Part shown: positions 36,178 to 46,662 of the stretch, piece after piece
How the letters are laid out: each line of letters opens with the position of its first letter
Position numbering within the stretch: position 1 is the stretch's first letter
DNA from: Microthrixaceae bacterium
GTDB lineage: Bacteria > Actinomycetota > Acidimicrobiia > Acidimicrobiales > VFJN01
NCBI GenBank assembly: GCA_052386335.1
Contig: JBQTKH010000014.1
Location: 7,741-71,740, forward strand
DNA length: 64,000 bases
Direction: 5' to 3'
The notes under the pieces: generated by a model
The model's database searches: none
Seen by the model: only the letters and a program-made list of their open reading frames with translations
What the model was told of the DNA's origin: nothing
Translations under genes and position numbers: made by a program

Positions 36178-37884
36178 GTGGTGACCTCCTCCACCGAACC
36201 CGACGCGGCCCCCGAACCCACTGGGTTCGCGGATCTCGGCCTGGCCGACGAGCTGCTCCAAGCGCTCGCGCGCCTCGGCTACGAGGAGCCCACCCCGATC
36301 CAGCGCGAGGCGATCCCGGTGCTCATCTCTGGAGCTGATCTGCTCGGCCAGGCGGCCACGGGCACGGGGAAGACCGCCGCCTTCGCGCTGCCGATCCTGC
36401 AGGCGATCGGCCGGGGAGCGAAGCCGGTGCCCACCGCCCTCGTGCTCGTGCCCACGAGGGAGCTGGCGGTCCAGGTGAGCGAGGCGCTCTTCAACTACGG
36501 GCGGGAGCTCGGCGTCAAGGTCCTGCCGGTGTTCGGCGGTCAACCGATCGGCCGACAGCTCCAGGAGCTCCACCGGGGCGTCCACGTCGTCGTCGCCACC
36601 CCGGGTCGGGCCATCGACCACATCAACCGTGGGTCGCTCTCGCTCGACACGATCCGCACCGTCGTGCTCGACGAAGCGGACGAGATGCTCGACATGGGCT
36701 TCACCGACGACATCGAGTCGATCCTCGACCGCACTCCGGCCGACCGGCAGACCGTGCTGTTCTCCGCCACGATGCCCCAGAAGATCCGGGGGATCGCCAA
36801 GCGCCACCAGCGCGACCCCGTGCGCGTCGAGATCGGCAAGGCGACCACCGACTCGGGCAAGGCGCTCGTGCGCCAGACCGTGTACTTCGTGGATCGCGCC
36901 CACAAGGCGTCGGCGCTCGGCCGCATCCTCGACATCGAAGCGCCCACGGCCGCGATCGTGTTCTGTCGCACCCGCACCGAGGTCGACCAGCTCACGAGCA
37001 CGATGAACGGACGGGGGTATCGAGCCGAGGCGCTGCACGGCGGCATGGACCAGAGCCAGCGGGATCGGGTGATGGGCCGACTGCGTGACGGCTCGGCCGA
37101 GCTGCTCGTCGCCACCGATGTGGCGGCCCGTGGCCTCGATGTGGACCAGCTGACCCACGTGGTCAACTACGACGTCCCGTCGGCCCCCGAGGGCTACGTG
37201 CATCGCATCGGCCGCGTTGGCCGGGCGGGCCGCGAGGGCGTCGCCATCACCCTGGCCGAGCCACGCGAGCGGCGGCTGCTCACCAACATCGAACGGCTCA
37301 TCAAGCATCCGATCGCCACGGCGAAGGTGCCCACGGTGGCGGATCTGCGCAGCAAGCAGATCGAGCTGACCGTCGAGTCGCTGAACGAGGCGTTGGCGTC
37401 AGACGATCTGGATGACTACCAGGGGGTACTGCACGAGCTCGCCGGTGAGGACAGTCGCCGAGTGGCATTGGCCGCGATCAAGCTCGTGCACGAAGCCCGA
37501 GGGGCGGTGCTCGAGGAGCGCGAGATCCCCGACGCCTGGACCGCTGGCAAAGGGGCCGGCGCTGATCGCAAGGACGCCCCACGCGGGCGCGCGTCCACCG
37601 TCCGAGGGGCGGGGGCCAAGCCCGATCGAGCTCGCACACAAGGCGAACCGACGGCGTTCATCTACGTGTCGATGGGACGCGATGCCGGCGTGCGTCCGGC
37701 CGACCTCGTCGGGGCCATCGCCAACGAGAGCGGGCTCAGCGGACGCGAGATCGGTCCGATCCGCATCGCCGAGCACCACGCCGTCGTCGGCGTCCCCGAA
37801 GCGTCCGTCGATGCCGTGATCTCGAAGATGGCGTCGACCACGATTCGCGGCAAGCCGGCCGAGGTTCGCCGCTACGTCGAGTAG
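36178..37884 (+). CDS. deaD: DEAD-box RNA helicase DeaD/CsdA with DbpA RNA-binding domain
   Basis: ATGTGKT, PTRELA, DEAD, SAT, ARGLD, HRIGRVGR; RPADLVGAIANE. Confidence 0.93.
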   Translation: MVTSSTEPDAAPEPTGFADLGLADELLQALARLGYEEPTPIQREAIPVLISGADLLGQAATGTGKTAAFALPILQAIGRGAKPVPTALVLVPTRELAVQVSEALFNYGRELGVKVLPVFGGQPIGRQLQELHRGVHVVVATPGRAIDHINRGSLSLDTIRTVVLDEADEMLDMGFTDDIESILDRTPADRQTVLFSATMPQKIRGIAKRHQRDPVRVEIGKATTDSGKALVRQTVYFVDRAHKASALGRILDIEAPTAAIVFCRTRTEVDQLTSTMNGRGYRAEALHGGMDQSQRDRVMGRLRDGSAELLVATDVAARGLDVDQLTHVVNYDVPSAPEGYVHRIGRVGRAGREGVAITLAEPRERRLLTNIERLIKHPIATAKVPTVADLRSKQIELTVESLNEALASDDLDDYQGVLHELAGEDSRRVALAAIKLVHEARGAVLEEREIPDAWTAGKGAGADRKDAPRGRASTVRGAGAKPDRARTQGEPTAFIYVSMGRDAGVRPADLVGAIANESGLSGREIGPIRIAEHHAVVGVPEASVDAVISKMASTTIRGKPAEVRRYVE

Positions 37885-37889
37885 TCGCG

Positions 37890-38525
37890 CTACAGGGATG
37901 TCTGCAGGCGCTTCCTGAGCACTCGGGCATCCGCCCCCGGCGACGCCCCTGTGTGCAGGGCGGCTTGGAACACGGCGGCGACGTCGGCGCCGTAGGCGAG
38001 TGCGGCGGGTCGTCCAACCTGCACGACCGATGTCAGCAGCGACAGCATGATCGACACCACGCCGTTGCCCATCGACACGGGGTCGATGTCGGGCCGCACC
38101 GTGCCGTCCTGCTGACCCGAGGCGATCAGGTTCGCGCACGCCGTGCGCAGCTCGTCGAGCGCGGGGAGCTCCAGCACTCGGTCGGTGACCTCTGGTTCGA
38201 GGCCCGCGAGCACTCGCCGGGCAAGGGGGTGGCGATCCACCGCCTCGATCAGCGTGAAGAACAGGGTGAGACGCCAATCGTCGGCATCGGCGTCGTCGAC
38301 GACGCTCTGCAGGCCCTCCTGGATGACCGCCGCCGCATCCTCGTCGAGCGCCGCCAGGAACAGCGCCTCCTTGCTGGGGAAGTAGGTGTAGGCCACCGTC
38401 CCGCCCACGTCGGCATCGCGCGCGATGTCGGCCACGGAGGTGGCGCGGAAGCCGTCCCGGCCAAAGCGCACGATCGCGGCGTCGAGGATCGCCTCGCGCG
38501 TGAGCTCGCCCTTGGTGGTCGCCAT
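37890..38525 (-). CDS. TetR-family regulator
   Basis: ILDAA...GFRATSVADIA...YTYFPSKEALF. Confidence 0.93.
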   Translation of the reverse strand: MATTKGELTREAILDAAIVRFGRDGFRATSVADIARDADVGGTVAYTYFPSKEALFLAALDEDAAAVIQEGLQSVVDDADADDWRLTLFFTLIEAVDRHPLARRVLAGLEPEVTDRVLELPALDELRTACANLIASGQQDGTVRPDIDPVSMGNGVVSIMLSLLTSVVQVGRPAALAYGADVAAVFQAALHTGASPGADARVLRKRLQTSL

Positions 38526-38545
38526 GTGACCGATGCTACAGGAAA

Positions 38546-38582
38546 TGAGTACTTGAGTAAATCGCTCAGATCGTGTTACCGT
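38546..38582. promoter_or_regulatory. Divergent promoter with TGAG-N7-CTCA dyad and extended -10 TGTTACCGT
   Basis: AT-rich intergenic region; TGAGTAAATCGCTCA at 38554-38568; TGAGTA occurs twice. Confidence 0.45.
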
Positions 38583-38590
38583 CAGTACCG

Positions 38591-39460
38591 ATGACGCAGA
38601 CGAGCAACCCCGCCCGCAAGGTCCCGACGCGCCGCATCTCCTTCGAGGAGTCGCTGCGCGACCTCCCCAAGCACTACGGCCGTGACGGCGACCTGATCAC
38701 CAGCCACGTGGCCGCCGGCCTGTCCGCGGTCTTCCCCGACGGGGAGGACTTCTTCGTCCGGTCGGTCCGCCAGTTCCGAGATCAGATCACCGATCCCGAG
38801 CTGAAGCGCCAGGTGGCGGGCTTCATCGGGCAGGAGGCCGTGCACGGCCGCGAGCACCGCGTGTTCAACGACCGCCTCGACGAGCTCGGCTACCCCACCA
38901 AGCGCATCGAGCGCCTGACCAAGTGGGGCCTCGAGCTGCGTGAGCGGATCGCGCCGCCCAAGGCCAACCTCGCCGCGACGGCGGCGCTCGAGCACTTCAC
39001 CGCCACCCTCGCCGAGCTCATCTTGACGAGCGAGGAGGCGCGGGATCTCTTCGGGCACGACGAGGTCAGGAACCTCTTCGTGTGGCACGCCCTCGAGGAG
39101 TCGGAGCACAAGGCGGTGGCCTTCGACGTCTACAAGGCCGTGGGCGGCACCGAGCGCATGCGGGTGTGGACGATGCGGCTCGTGCGGTACGGGTTCGTCG
39201 TCGGCATGACCTTGCAGATCCTCGTGTCGCTGCTCATGGATCGCTCCACGTATCGCCCAGGGAACCTGCGCAGCAGCTGGAGGCGCTTTCGCCGCTCGCC
39301 GATCATGCGCCGTGAGCTGTGGGACCAGCTCTGCGACTACGACCGCCCCGACTTCCACCCTGACGACCGTGACACCACCGAGCTCGTCGAGCGCTGGCGG
39401 GCCGAGCTGTTCGGTGCCGAGGGAACGCTCAACGACAAGCTCGCGACGTCGGCCGCCTGA
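38591..39460 (+). CDS. Predicted metal-dependent hydrolase (ferritin-like Metal_hydrol family)
   Basis: FPDGEDFF, QEAVHGREH, ALEHFT, WHALEESEHK. Confidence 0.88.
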   Translation: MTQTSNPARKVPTRRISFEESLRDLPKHYGRDGDLITSHVAAGLSAVFPDGEDFFVRSVRQFRDQITDPELKRQVAGFIGQEAVHGREHRVFNDRLDELGYPTKRIERLTKWGLELRERIAPPKANLAATAALEHFTATLAELILTSEEARDLFGHDEVRNLFVWHALEESEHKAVAFDVYKAVGGTERMRVWTMRLVRYGFVVGMTLQILVSLLMDRSTYRPGNLRSSWRRFRRSPIMRRELWDQLCDYDRPDFHPDDRDTTELVERWRAELFGAEGTLNDKLATSAA

Positions 39461-39465
39461 ACCGC

Positions 39466-40959
39466 ATGACGGACCACCTCGACGTCCTCATCGTCGGCGC
39501 GGGGCTCTCCGGGATCGGCGCCGCCCACTACCTGCAGGCCGAGTGCCCGTGGGCCGACTACGCCATCTTCGAGGCCCGCGATGCGATCGGGGGCACCTGG
39601 GACCTGTTCCGGTACCCGGGGATCCGCTCTGACTCCGACATGTACACCCTCGGCTACTCGTTCCGACCGTGGACCGGTGAGAAGTCCATCGCGGACGGCG
39701 CGTCGATCCTGCAGTACATCAAGGACACGGCCGCCGCGGAGGGGATCGACGAGCGCATCCGGTTCAACCACCGGATCGTGCGGGCCGACTGGTCCACCGA
39801 CGACGCCGTGTGGCGAGTCACCGCCGAGCGCACCGACACCGCCGAGACGCTCGAGCTCACCTGTGGGTTCCTCTTCTCCTGCAGCGGCTACTACCGCTAT
39901 GACCACGGCTACCAACCGGAGTTCCCCGGCATGGAGCGATTCGCGGGCCCGATCGTGCACCCGCAGGCATGGCCCGAGGACCTCGACTACGCGGGCAAGC
40001 GCGTCGTGGTGATCGGCAGCGGTGCCACGGCCGTCACGCTCGTCCCGTCCCTGACGCACGAGGCCGCCCACGTCACGATGCTGCAGCGCTCGCCGACCTA
40101 CATCGTGTCCGCACCAGCGCGGAACCCGCTCGCCGACCTGCTGCGCAAGGTGCTCCCCGAGCGCTACGCGGGCAACGCGGTCCGGTGGGCCCTGGCGCTG
40201 CTCACACAGTCCACCTACGTGCTCAGCAAGCGTCGGCCTGCGCTCGTGAAGCGCATCTTGCGCAAGGGGATCGAGCGAGAGCTGCCGGCGGGCTACGACA
40301 TCGACACGCACTTCACCCCCACTTACAACCCGTGGGATCAACGGCTGTGCCTCGTTCCCAACGGAGACCTCTTCAAGGCCATCTCGTCCGGTGCCGCATC
40401 GGTGGTGACCGACCGGATCGATGGCTTCACGGAGACGGGCCTGCGCCTCGAGTCGGGCGCCGAGCTCGACGCAGACGTCATCGTCACCGCCACCGGCCTC
40501 GAGCTGCTCTTCATCGGCGGGATCGAGCTGTCGGTCGACGGCACCGCGGTCGACCTCCCCAACACGCTCACCTACAAGGGGATGATGCTCGAGGGCGTGC
40601 CCAACCTGGCGCTGGCCATCGGGTACACGAACGCCTCCTGGACGCTGAAGTGCGACCTCACCTGCCACTACGTGACCCGTCTCCTCAGCCACCTCCACTC
40701 GACCGGTCTGCGGCAGGCCACGGCGCACAACACCGACCCGTCCGTCGTCGCGCAGCCGCTGCTCGGCCTGTCGTCCGGCTACGTGCAGCGCTCGGCCGAT
40801 CGGTTCCCGAAGCAGGGCTCGAGGTTCCCGTGGCAGGTGCACCAGAGCTACCTGAAGGACTACCGAGCGCTGAAGCGCAGCGGCATCGTCGACGAGGCCA
40901 TGGTGTTCTCCAACCCCGCCCCAACGCCCGCGTCGACCCTCCAGCCCACCGGGACGTGA
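39466..40959 (+). CDS. EthA-like FAD monooxygenase
   Basis: GGTWDLFRYPGIRSDSD, FAGPIVHPQAWP, PWDQRLC, GYTNASWTLK. Confidence 0.92.
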   Translation: MTDHLDVLIVGAGLSGIGAAHYLQAECPWADYAIFEARDAIGGTWDLFRYPGIRSDSDMYTLGYSFRPWTGEKSIADGASILQYIKDTAAAEGIDERIRFNHRIVRADWSTDDAVWRVTAERTDTAETLELTCGFLFSCSGYYRYDHGYQPEFPGMERFAGPIVHPQAWPEDLDYAGKRVVVIGSGATAVTLVPSLTHEAAHVTMLQRSPTYIVSAPARNPLADLLRKVLPERYAGNAVRWALALLTQSTYVLSKRRPALVKRILRKGIERELPAGYDIDTHFTPTYNPWDQRLCLVPNGDLFKAISSGAASVVTDRIDGFTETGLRLESGAELDADVIVTATGLELLFIGGIELSVDGTAVDLPNTLTYKGMMLEGVPNLALAIGYTNASWTLKCDLTCHYVTRLLSHLHSTGLRQATAHNTDPSVVAQPLLGLSSGYVQRSADRFPKQGSRFPWQVHQSYLKDYRALKRSGIVDEAMVFSNPAPTPASTLQPTGT

Positions 40960-40963
40960 CGAG

Positions 40964-41794
40964 ATGAGATCCTTCGACGGCCGTGTCGCGGCGATCACCG
41001 GCGCCGCCTCTGGGATCGGCCGGGCCCTCGCGCTCGACCTGGCCAGACGCGGCGCGCACGTGGCGCTGTCCGACGTGGACGACGCGGGCCTTGCCGACAC
41101 CGTCGCTCGCTGCGAAGGTCGCGGCGTCAAGGTCACTGCGCACCACGTGGACGTGGCGGACCGCGCCGCGGTCCACGCCTGGGCCGATCAGGTGGTCGCC
41201 GAGCACGGCAAGGTGAACCTCATCGTCAACAACGCGGGGGTGGCCCTCGGTGCCACCGTGGACGCCATGTCCTACGACGACCTCGAGTGGTTGATGAACA
41301 TCAACTTCTGGGGGGTCGTGCACGGCACGAAGGCCTTCCTGCCGCATCTCAAGGCATCCGGTGAGGGCCACGTGGTCAACCTCTCGAGCGTGTTCGGTCT
41401 GATGAGCATCCCCGCACAGGGCGCCTACAACGCCGCCAAGTTCGGTGTGCGCGGCTTCACCGACGCGCTGCGCATGGAGCTGGACATGGAGCGCTGCGGC
41501 GTGTCGGCCACCACGGTCCATCCGGGGGGCATCAAGACGAACATCGCGCGCAGTGCTCGCATGGATGCCAGCGCCCTGAGGTACGGCGCCTCGGCGGAGA
41601 CGGCCGCGGCCGAGTTCGACAAGATCGCGAAGACCACGCCGGAGAAGGCCGCCGCCCAGATCCTCGCCGCCGTTCAGAAGGACCGTCGGCGAGCGCTGAT
41701 CGGACCCGACGCCAAGGCCATCGATCTGCTCTCGCGCCTGCCTGCCGGCCTGTACCAGCGAGCGCTGGTGTTCGGCGCCACTCGTCGGCGCTGA
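40964..41794 (+). CDS. SDR oxidoreductase (SadH-like)
   Basis: TGAASGIG, NNAG, YNAAK. Confidence 0.92.
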   Translation: MRSFDGRVAAITGAASGIGRALALDLARRGAHVALSDVDDAGLADTVARCEGRGVKVTAHHVDVADRAAVHAWADQVVAEHGKVNLIVNNAGVALGATVDAMSYDDLEWLMNINFWGVVHGTKAFLPHLKASGEGHVVNLSSVFGLMSIPAQGAYNAAKFGVRGFTDALRMELDMERCGVSATTVHPGGIKTNIARSARMDASALRYGASAETAAAEFDKIAKTTPEKAAAQILAAVQKDRRRALIGPDAKAIDLLSRLPAGLYQRALVFGATRRR

Positions 41795-41822
41795 GCGCTT
41801 CGACGCCGCCTACGCTCGTCGC

Positions 41823-42983
41823 ATGAGCTTGCTCAGCCACGGGTGCCGGGTCGACCTCTCGGCCGAGGATCTGGCCAGCGCCGCTCGTTCGACCGCAGGC
41901 GCAGGGTCGCTCGGCTTTCGGGTCGGCACTGGCGGAGCCGGCGTGACGTATCGGGTGGACGGATCGACGGTGGTGGTGACCGACGGCGTGGACGACGCCG
42001 ACACGGTCGTTGCGCTCGACGAGGTTGCGTGGGGAGACCTCACCAGTCAGCGGCGAACGTTCATCAACCTCTTCCTGGCCGAGGCCCTGACCTTCGAACG
42101 GGGTGGCTTCGAGCACCTGGCGCGGTGGGATCCAGCACTCCGATTGCTGCACGACGGCATCCCGATCTACGACCCACATCTGGTCGATCTCGGCGACCGC
42201 GACCCCGAGGCCGTGCTCCCCGTCGACACCGCCGACGAGGAGCTCGCCGCGCAGCTCTCCACGATGGGCTACCTCCATCTCGCCGGCGTGTTCACGGCTG
42301 ACGAGATGGCCGCGGCCAACGCAGAGGTCGACCGCCTCGCGGCACTCGCCCGCCCGGGTGACGACCAGTCGTGGTGGGTCACCGACGAGGACGGCAACGA
42401 CGTGCTGTGCCGCCTCGTGTACGCGACGTTGCGCTCGGACGTGCTGGCGTCACTCGAGCAGGATGCACGCGTGAGTCGGCTCGGGCACCTGCTCGATCCC
42501 ACGCTGCGCCTGGCCGTCGACCGCATGGAGGGCTCACCGGTCCTCCTCAAGGCGCCCGGGGAGACCAAGGGCCTCTCGAACATCCCGTGGCACCAAGACT
42601 GCGGGATGGGCGGCCACAGCATCCTGTGCCCGTCGATCACGATCGGCGTCCAGCTGACCGGGTCGTCAGCCGAGTCAGGCAACCTGCAGGTGATCCCCGG
42701 GAGTCACGGGCACACCCTCCACTACCAATGGGAGCGGCGGCTCGACGGGGTACCGGTGGTCAGCATCGACACCGAGCCCGGAGACGTGACGGTCCACATC
42801 CAGGACGTCATGCACGCGTCACCCAAGCCCACCGGTCGAGGTGGCCGACGCACGATGTACGTCACCTTCTACCCGGCGACGCTGTGGGACCACGTGGGTC
42901 CAGGCCAGGCGTTCAACGACCTCGTCCGCAACCGCACAGGCGAGGTGGCCGGCCTGGCCGACGACCGTCGGCCAGGCGCCTGA
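41823..42983 (+). CDS. PhyH-family Fe(II)/2OG dioxygenase with possible SCP2-like N-terminal domain
   Basis: WHQD...MHAS facial triad, GNLQVIPGSH, RRTMY. Confidence 0.85.
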   Translation: MSLLSHGCRVDLSAEDLASAARSTAGAGSLGFRVGTGGAGVTYRVDGSTVVVTDGVDDADTVVALDEVAWGDLTSQRRTFINLFLAEALTFERGGFEHLARWDPALRLLHDGIPIYDPHLVDLGDRDPEAVLPVDTADEELAAQLSTMGYLHLAGVFTADEMAAANAEVDRLAALARPGDDQSWWVTDEDGNDVLCRLVYATLRSDVLASLEQDARVSRLGHLLDPTLRLAVDRMEGSPVLLKAPGETKGLSNIPWHQDCGMGGHSILCPSITIGVQLTGSSAESGNLQVIPGSHGHTLHYQWERRLDGVPVVSIDTEPGDVTVHIQDVMHASPKPTGRGGRRTMYVTFYPATLWDHVGPGQAFNDLVRNRTGEVAGLADDRRPGA

Positions 42984-42989
42984 TGCCAC

Positions 42990-43631
42990 TCAGCTGGGCA
43001 GCTCCAGCAGCGTGGACACCGCCGACTCCGCCTCGTCCGCCGGCGGGTCTGCCGCGATCTCGAGCCAGAAGTTCGCCCATCCCTCGTCGACCGCGAACTT
43101 GTCGCCGAACTCGCCGTAGTGCAGGAAGTCCTCGAACCCGACCAACGTGGTGATCGTGCCTGGGCCGCGTCCGGTGGTCCGTACGCTACGGACCTGCCCT
43201 CCCAGTCGCTCGAGGTGTCCGCGAGCAGTGGCCTGCGCGGCCAGGTGATCCACCAGGCGGCCAGGTCGGGTGGCGAAGCTCGCGATGGCGAGCACCCGCG
43301 AGAGGACCGTGGGCAAGCCCTCGGTCGGGTCGAGGTCGCTCATCGTGTAGTTCTCGAGGTTCGTGCCCGACGGGTTTGTCATGGCCTCGGTCCAGAAGGC
43401 CTGCCACGCGGCGCTGGTGCTGACGGCCTGCATCGTTCGTCCGTAGGAGGTTGCGTCCTCGTAGGCGGCCACGAAGCTGATCGAACCAGCCTCGCCACCA
43501 GCGATGGGCTGCCACAGGCTGACGAGGGCGCCCTCCGATTCGAGGATCTGCTTCGCACGGGTCATCGATCCCACGAGATCCATGGCCCGTCCGGGGAGGG
43601 GTCGCCAGGTGTGGATTGAGAAGACTGCCAT
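42990..43631 (-). CDS. Tandem NIPSNAP/dimeric alpha-beta barrel-like protein
   Basis: Two similar halves (PGR..D..., WQAFW/WANFW); ATG 43631 with GGAG RBS. Confidence 0.6.
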   Translation of the reverse strand: MAVFSIHTWRPLPGRAMDLVGSMTRAKQILESEGALVSLWQPIAGGEAGSISFVAAYEDATSYGRTMQAVSTSAAWQAFWTEAMTNPSGTNLENYTMSDLDPTEGLPTVLSRVLAIASFATRPGRLVDHLAAQATARGHLERLGGQVRSVRTTGRGPGTITTLVGFEDFLHYGEFGDKFAVDEGWANFWLEIAADPPADEAESAVSTLLELPS

Positions 43632-43782
43632 CGCTGATCTCCGATCGGCGGCGCGACACCGCGTTGCTGGTCCACTCGTTGTCGCGCCGTCGACGCACGC
43701 GCGGCAATGACCCCGACGGACCACGCGCGTCAACGGTCAGACGTCACATCGTGAGTGCTGGGAGCGTGGTTGACTGCATCTC

Positions 43783-45144
43783 ATGCGTGCTCCTCTGACC
43801 GTCGACGAGCTCCGCCGGCTCGCCGTCGCGGGCACCGTCGACACGGTGCTCGTCGCCTTCACCGACATGCAGGGGCGGCTCCAGGGCAAGCGCTGCCACG
43901 TGGGGTACTTCCTCGAGGAGGTCGTGCCCCACGCCGCGGAGGCGTGCAACTACCTCCTGGCCGTCGACGTCGAGATGCACACGGTCGACGGGTACGCGAT
44001 GACCTCATGGGACACGGGCTATGGCGACTTCGTGCTCCGCCCCGATCTCCTGACGCTGCGCCTCGCACCCTGGCACCCGGCCACCGCGATGGTGCAGTGC
44101 GACCTCGAGTGGGCTGACGGCGCGCCCGTGGCGGCGTCACCTCGCCAGATCCTGCGCCATCAGCTCGATCGGCTCGCGGAGCGGGGGCTCGTGGCGTACG
44201 CGGGCACCGAGCTCGAGTTCATCGTCTTCCGTGACACCTATGAGGCGGCGTGGACGGCCGGGTACCGCGGCCTGACGCCCGCCAACCAGTACAACGTGGA
44301 CTACTCCCTGCAGGGGACGGCGCGCATCGAGCCCCTGCTGCGCCGGATCCGCAACGAGATGACCGATGCCGGGCTGATCGTCGAGTCGGCCAAGGGCGAG
44401 TGCAACCTCGGCCAGCACGAGATCACCTTCGCATTCGACGAGGCGCTCGTGACCGCCGACCAGCACGCCGTCTACAAGACGGCAGCCAAGGAGATCGCTG
44501 CGCAGGAGGGCATGAGCATCACGTTCATGGCCAAGTACGACGAACGGGAGGGGAGCTCGTGTCACGTGCACCTCAGCGTCCGGTCCAGCGCTGACGATCC
44601 GGTGATGGCGGGCGACGACGGCTCGGTGCCCGGGTTCTCCCGGCTGATGGACCACTGGCTGGCCGGTCAGCTGGCGTGCCTGGAGGAGCTCTCGCTGCTC
44701 TACGCACCCAACATCAACTCCTACAAGCGGTTCGCAGAAGGCACGTTCGCGCCCACGGCGATCGCTTGGGGGCGGGACAACCGCACATGCGCGATGCGCG
44801 TGGTCGGCAAGGGGCGCTCACTTCGCGTCGAGAACCGCGTTCCCGGCGGCGATGTGAACCCCTACCTGGCCCTGGCTGCGGTCGTCGCGTCCGGGCTCCA
44901 CGGGATCGATGCTGCGCTGCCCCTCGAGCCTGAGCTGACGGGAAACGCCTATGCGTCGGATCGTCCCCGCGTGCCCACCACGTTGCGCGATGCGGCGGCG
45001 GGGTTCGCGGCCTCCGCCGTGGCGAAGGCTGCGTTCGGCGAGGAGGTGGTGGCCCACTACGCGCATGCGGCCCACGTCGAGGTGGCCGCCTTCGAGGGTG
45101 CCGTCACCGACTGGGAGCGATTCCGAGGGTTCGAGCGCCTGTGA
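43783..45144 (+). CDS. Glutamine synthetase-like gamma-glutamylamine ligase (GlnA4/PuuA-like)
   Basis: DMQGRLQGKR, GTELEF, GECNLGQHE, GSSCHVH, WGRDNRT, ENRVPG. Confidence 0.9.
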   Translation: MRAPLTVDELRRLAVAGTVDTVLVAFTDMQGRLQGKRCHVGYFLEEVVPHAAEACNYLLAVDVEMHTVDGYAMTSWDTGYGDFVLRPDLLTLRLAPWHPATAMVQCDLEWADGAPVAASPRQILRHQLDRLAERGLVAYAGTELEFIVFRDTYEAAWTAGYRGLTPANQYNVDYSLQGTARIEPLLRRIRNEMTDAGLIVESAKGECNLGQHEITFAFDEALVTADQHAVYKTAAKEIAAQEGMSITFMAKYDEREGSSCHVHLSVRSSADDPVMAGDDGSVPGFSRLMDHWLAGQLACLEELSLLYAPNINSYKRFAEGTFAPTAIAWGRDNRTCAMRVVGKGRSLRVENRVPGGDVNPYLALAAVVASGLHGIDAALPLEPELTGNAYASDRPRVPTTLRDAAAGFAASAVAKAAFGEEVVAHYAHAAHVEVAAFEGAVTDWERFRGFERL

Positions 45145-45872
45145 CCGACATGGCTCCCCTGCCTGGAACCGTGCGCATCGGCCTCACGACCTACGTCAAC
45201 CGCGCGCGGTACGGGGTGTGGGACGAGAAGGCAACGCTGCTGCCCGCGGCCTACGCGGAGGTGGTGGCCACGGCCGGGGGCCTTCCGGTCCTGCTGCCCC
45301 CGATCGTCCCGACCGACCTGGAGGCGGCCGCCGCGGCTGCGCTGTCGGTGATCGACGGGCTGGTGCTCACCGGTGGCGGCGACGTCGATCCGAACCTCTA
45401 CGGTGCCGCCGCGCACGCCGAGACCGACACGCCGAACCCGCGTCGAGACGCGTGGGAGCTCGCGCTGCTGCGGGGAGCGCTCGACGCTGACCTGCCGGTG
45501 CTGGCGGTGTGCAGGGGCGTGCAGCTGATGAACGTGGCCCGCGGCGGCACCCTCCACCAGCACCTTCCGGAGGTGCTCGGTGCGCCGACGCACCGTCCAG
45601 AGCTCGGCACGTTCGCCGTCGTGCCCGTCCACGTCGAGCAGGGCAGTCGCCTGGCGGGCATCGTCGGCGACTCCACCGAGGTCTGCTGCCACCATCACCA
45701 GGCGATCGATCGCCTCGGCGACGGGCTGCGCATCTGTGCTCGCGCGGAGGACGGCTCGGTCGAGGCCGTCGAGGTCGTCGGTGCCCGCTTCTCGCTCGGC
45801 GTCCAGTGGCATCCGGAGGAGGCGGGCGACGTCCGCCTGTTCGACGCGCTCGTCAGCGCCGCCCGATCATGA
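45141..45872 (+). CDS. Gamma-glutamyl-amide hydrolase (PuuD-like, peptidase C26)
   Basis: TGGGDVDP, VCRGVQ, HHQAI, VQWHPE. Confidence 0.92.
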   Translation: MTDMAPLPGTVRIGLTTYVNRARYGVWDEKATLLPAAYAEVVATAGGLPVLLPPIVPTDLEAAAAAALSVIDGLVLTGGGDVDPNLYGAAAHAETDTPNPRRDAWELALLRGALDADLPVLAVCRGVQLMNVARGGTLHQHLPEVLGAPTHRPELGTFAVVPVHVEQGSRLAGIVGDSTEVCCHHHQAIDRLGDGLRICARAEDGSVEAVEVVGARFSLGVQWHPEEAGDVRLFDALVSAARS

Positions 45873-45885
45873 ACGGAGCCCACTC

Positions 45886-46659
45886 GTGGATCTGACCCAG
45901 CGACTGTCCGGCCGGGTTGCGGTGATCACCGGCGGCGCCGGCGGCATCGGCCGGGCCACCGCCCAGCGCCTTGCCGCGGAAGGAGCGATGGTGGTGATCG
46001 CGGACCTCGACCCCGAGAGCGGGGCGGCGGCCGCCGAGGAGGTCAACGGGTTGTTCGTGGCCACCGACGTCACCGATGAGGCCCAGGTCGAGACGCTGTT
46101 CACTCGGGCCCAGGAGGCGTACGGATCGGTCGACATCGCGTTCAACAACGCTGGCATCTCACCACCCGAGGACGACTCGATCCTCACCACGGGTCTCGAT
46201 GCCTGGCGACGGGTCCAGGAGGTCAACCTCACGTCGGTGTACCTGTGCTGCAAGCACGCGCTGCCCCACATGCAGCGCCAGGGACGCGGCTCGATCATCA
46301 ACACGGCCTCCTTCGTCGCCGTCATGGGGTCAGCCACCTCGCAGATCTCCTACACCGCATCGAAGGGTGGTGTGCTGGCGATGAGCCGCGAGCTGGCAGT
46401 TCAGTTCGCTCGTGAGGGGATCCGGGTCAACGCCCTGTGCCCTGGCCCGGTGAACACGCCCCTGCTGCAGGAGCTCTTCGCGAAGGACCCGGCCAGGGCG
46501 GCGCGCCGCCTCGTGCACATCCCGATGGGACGCTTCGCCGAGGCCGAGGAGATTGCCGCCGCGGTGGCCTTCCTGGCCAGCGACGACGCCTCGTTCGTCA
46601 CCGCCTCGACGTTCCTCGTCGACGGCGGCATCTCCGGCGCCTACGTCACCCCGGAGTAG
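45886..46659 (+). CDS. SDR oxidoreductase (Rv2857c-like)
   Basis: TGGAGGIG, NNAG, YTASKGG, RRLVHIPMGRF; GTG 45886. Confidence 0.9.
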   Translation: MDLTQRLSGRVAVITGGAGGIGRATAQRLAAEGAMVVIADLDPESGAAAAEEVNGLFVATDVTDEAQVETLFTRAQEAYGSVDIAFNNAGISPPEDDSILTTGLDAWRRVQEVNLTSVYLCCKHALPHMQRQGRGSIINTASFVAVMGSATSQISYTASKGGVLAMSRELAVQFAREGIRVNALCPGPVNTPLLQELFAKDPARAARRLVHIPMGRFAEAEEIAAAVAFLASDDASFVTASTFLVDGGISGAYVTPE

Positions 46660-46662
46660 CCG

